A stretch of 64,000 nucleotides of DNA from positions 84,607 to 148,606 of the forward strand of contig JABWCR010000004.1 of assembly GCA_013359125.1 (NCBI GenBank), given 5' to 3'. Made by a program: the position numbers and the translations under genes. Below, piece after piece: positions 63,930 through 64,000 of this stretch. Source of the stretch: Armatimonadota bacterium. Its GTDB lineage: Bacteria; Armatimonadota; Fimbriimonadia; Fimbriimonadales; GBS-DC. The notes below the pieces were generated by a model that did not search any database, had not been told where the DNA came from, and saw nothing but the letters and a program-made list of their open reading frames with translations. The first letter of the stretch is position 1; each line of letters opens with the position of its first letter.

Positions 63930-64000
63930 AACTCATTCCAATTCTAGTCCTCTTGCTCGCCGTTGCACAAGCCCAGGTCGACTTGAAGACCGACTCAAGA
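63926..64000 (+). CDS. start of a second paralog, truncated by the window edge
   Basis: ATGA overlap with the upstream stop. MKLIPILVLLLAVAQAQVDLKTDSR matches the N-terminus of 62130..63929. Confidence 0.5.
   Translation, partial: MKLIPILVLLLAVAQAQVDLKTDSR
63951..64000. repeat. 50-bp exact repeat, copy 2 (runs to the window edge)
   Basis: Identical to 62161-62210. Confidence 0.9.

Overview
Moderately GC-rich bacterial chromosomal segment with about 55 genes. I saw no rRNA, tRNA, CRISPR array, transposase or integrase. PEP-CTERM tags, an H-X9-DG pseudopilin-like protein and Tat/Sec signals suggest a diderm organism, possibly Armatimonadota- or Planctomycetota-like, but that lineage call is a low-confidence guess.

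Layout:
- 1-21 kb: mostly housekeeping genes (hutU, ribH, moaA, moaC/moaB fusion, acyl-CoA ligase, FMN alpha-hydroxy-acid oxidase, nitroreductase, mreB, murA, pgl, ftsH, tilS, ogg, gltX). Two tandem PEP-CTERM paralogs interrupt this stretch.
- 21-34 kb: a SARP/NB-ARC/TPR STAND regulator, leucine-catabolism genes (split biotin carboxylase/BCCP plus HMG-CoA lyase), rlmN, two GT-C-type membrane glycosyltransferase-like proteins, and an LCP protein.
- 34.3-43.3 kb: a seven-gene operon for a Tat-exported, periplasmic type II DMSO-reductase-family molybdoenzyme. It looks NXR/pNAR/Ebd-like and its substrate is unknown. Gene order is cupredoxin, dihaem-c::EB_dh gamma fusion, HExxH protein, alpha, 91-aa acidic ORF, beta, TorD/NarJ-like chaperone.
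- 43.4-59.6 kb: a dense island of secreted surface proteins.

The most striking recurring signal is a portable C-terminal module found in six otherwise unrelated secreted proteins. It is about 52 aa long, a Cys-bracketed double EF-hand (dockerin-like), and always ends ...FGxGC-stop. Five PEP-CTERM proteins are interleaved with these genes.

Other oddities:
- a thioredoxin-like lipoprotein gene with an in-frame TGA next to a Cys;
- a tandem Doc/Fic-like protein, with both catalytic His residues replaced, located just upstream of gltX;
- tandem tail-fibre-like paralogs;
- short, perfectly identical DNA repeats that indicate recent duplication or gene conversion.

All functional calls come from reading the translated motifs by eye. 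No database searches were run.
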